Part shown: positions 61,611 to 64,000 of the stretch, one piece after another
Position numbering within the stretch: the first letter of the stretch is position 1
Layout of the letters: every line of letters begins with the position of its first letter
NCBI GenBank assembly: GCA_951406725.2
Contig: OX597814.1
Coordinates: 5,642,001-5,706,000, forward strand
Reading direction: 5' to 3'
DNA from: Octopus vulgaris
Taxonomy: Eukaryota
Length of the DNA stretch: 64,000 bases
Notes under the pieces: model-generated
The model's database searches: none
Told to the model about the DNA's origin: nothing
Seen by the model: only the letters and a program-made list of their open reading frames with translations
Program-made: the position numbers and the translations under genes

Positions 61611-62010
61611 TTATTTACATTTGACGGATATTTGTTCCTCATCTTGTTTCTTGTTAACATGCTTCGGCTGATATACCCTCCAACCTTCTTCAGGTGTATC
61701 TGGGGAAATTTCAAACTTGACTTCTCATTCCTAAGGTATTTTTTTATGTTGTTGTTATTATTAAGGTCACTGCCTGAAATCGAACTCGGAATCTTGGGCT
61801 TAGTAGCCCGCGCTCTGAACCACTACGCCCGTGGCATGTGGCGTAGTGGTTCAGAGCGCGGGCTACTAAGCCCAAGATTTCGAGTTCGATTCCAGGCAGT
61901 GACCATAATAATAATAACAATAACTACAATAACAACATAAAAAAATACCTTAGGAATGAGAAGCTAGGTTTGAAATTTCCCCAAGGTTGGAGGGTATATC
62001 AGCCGAAACA
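61608..62010. mobile_element. Head-to-head tRNA-derived element with hammerhead-like tail, inserted in (TA)n
   Basis: A box tggcgtagtgg and B box gagttcgatt(c/t)c on both strands. ctgaaga-ggttgg..tcagcc-gaa on the minus strand at 61655-61697. Confidence 0.7.
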
Positions 62011-62961
62011 TATATATATATATGTGTGTGTGTGTGCGTGTTTGTCTCCCCACCACCATCGCTTCACAACCGTTGTTGGTATGTTTACATCCCCGTAACT
62101 TAGCGGTTCAGCAAAGGTGACGATAGAATAAGTACTAGGCTTACAAAGAATAAGTCCTGGGATCGATTTCTTCGACTAAAGGCAGTGCTCCAGCATGAGC
62201 GCTGTTAAATGAATGAAATAAATACAAGAATATATACATGCATTTTTTGTATGTATGTATGTGTGTGTACGTATGTACATGTATTTTTGTGTGTGTATAT
62301 ATAATGTATGTGTATATGTATTTACGTGATTTCATTTATGTGTCTGTATAAACCAGTGCTTTTCAAACTTTTTGCTGGAGCGGAACCCCAAGGAAACATT
62401 CCAGTGGCTCGAGGAAGCCCTGTGCAATAATTTAATTGTCTTATGCACAGGTGAATTAAAAATTACTGCTGATTTTAGCAGTTTTGTAACTTCTTGCGGA
62501 ACCCCTGGACAGCGATCCGACTTCCTAATATGCAGCAAATCCCTTATTTTGGTTCGGAAAAAAGGGCGGCAAGAGGGACCCCACACACCGACAATATCGT
62601 TTGTAAATTCTTGATTGCTTTTAACCAGATTTTTTTACTGCGCAAACTGGTTAGTTCGGTGGTGTGAACTCGCTTTACTTTCGCCCATTTTATGATGTTC
62701 TGATAAACGACAGAAATAAATATGTTTAAGTCGTATGCAAGTTTTGTTATCAGTTTACAGAGAAAATAAATGACAAAACATATAACTCAGTGGTTATATA
62801 TATATATATATATATACAAACAAACGAAAATATTTTGACAAATTAAACTTAAATGTTGAAGTGAATCGAACGGCTTTTGTGTGTTTCTTAAATGGCTTAT
62901 AAACACCTTCCTCGCTGCAATTGTTTTCGTTTCAGCACACGATCTCAGATCAAATTACTTG

Positions 62962-63400
<439 letters not shown>

Positions 63401-63420
63401 CACATCCATCGGAGCATACT

Positions 63421-64000
63421 GAAGCCAGTATGCTCCGATGGATGTGTAATGTCAGTGTTCATAATCGTCAGAGTGTAAGTTCCTTGAGAGAAAAGCTGAA
63501 CCTAAGAAGCGTCAGTTGTGGCGTGCAAGAGAGACGGCTGCGCTGGTATGGTCATGTGACAAGAAAGGCTGAAGATAGTTGTGTGCAAAAGTGCTACACC
63601 CTAGCAGTGGAGGGAACCTGTGGAAGAGGTAGACCCAGGAAAACCTGGGACGAGGTGGTGAAGCACGACCTTCGAACTTTAGGTCTCACTAAGGAAATGT
63701 CTAGAGACCGAGACCTATGGAAGTATGCTGTGCATGAGAAGACCCGGCAAGACTAGTCAGGCCATAACCCGTGGCCCCGACCTGGGACGTAGTCAGTCCT
63801 GTGCATACCTTCCTTCTTGTGACACTTATGAAGACCTGTTGAGGCAAGTGAAAATCAAATCAAATCAAATTAAAACAAATCAAATAGATGAACATCAGTG
63901 GAATTGTATTCTTTGTGGTACCAGTGCCGGTGGCACACAAGAAAACCACCCAAACATGGCCGTAACCAGTACCGCATCGACTGGCCTCCGTGCTGTGGGC
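63421..64000 (+). mobile_element. 5'-truncated RTE LINE (ORF end 63756) continuing beyond the window
   Basis: EASMLRWMCNVSV...GRPRKTWDEVVKHDLRTLGL...KTRQD*. Confidence 0.92.

Larger units (their letters stand above)
60679..62797. repeat. ~2.1-kb palindrome (inverted duplication)
   Basis: Arms 60679-61829 and 61840-62797 with a 10-nt spacer. Identical mirrored ORFs in the track (61254+ and 62141-). Confidence 0.97.

Noticed and set aside
61834-61905. Functional tRNA-Ser(ACT) gene
   Set aside because: The acceptor stem pairs poorly, the anticodon is atypical and it is part of a palindromic repeat; treated as a tRNA-derived head.

Overview
AT-rich, microsatellite- and transposon-laden animal genomic DNA. 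The repeat families resemble those I associate with octopus (coleoid cephalopod) genomes; the species is not verified. One host gene can be reconstructed by hand on the minus strand: a macrodomain mono-ADP-ribosyltransferase (PARP14/PARP15-like) with 13 coding exons from 52844 down to 16500. All junctions are GT-AG and phase-compatible, giving 1956 nt or 651 aa with the layout macro-macro-basic linker-ART (H-Y-I triad, no WWE). A candidate non-coding first exon ends at 60648. The two macrodomain modules come from an internal tandem duplication with patchwork identity: about 98% identical introns surround an exon whose differences are nearly all amino-acid changing and cluster in the ligand-binding loop. 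The putative promoter lies in a ~2.1 kb palindrome centred on a head-to-head tRNA-derived element with a hammerhead-like tail. Other content: many RTE LINE copies (one with an open 464-aa RT ORF), CR1- and R4-type fragments, a Penelope GIY-YIG remnant, hammerhead-bearing inverted repeats, mariner and Tc1 remnants, hAT and Merlin-like non-autonomous elements with 8-bp TSDs, a mini-Helitron, tRNA-derived SINEs, and 106-bp and 166-bp tandem arrays. All identities and counts are by eye; most ORFs in the supplied track are repeat-derived or spurious.
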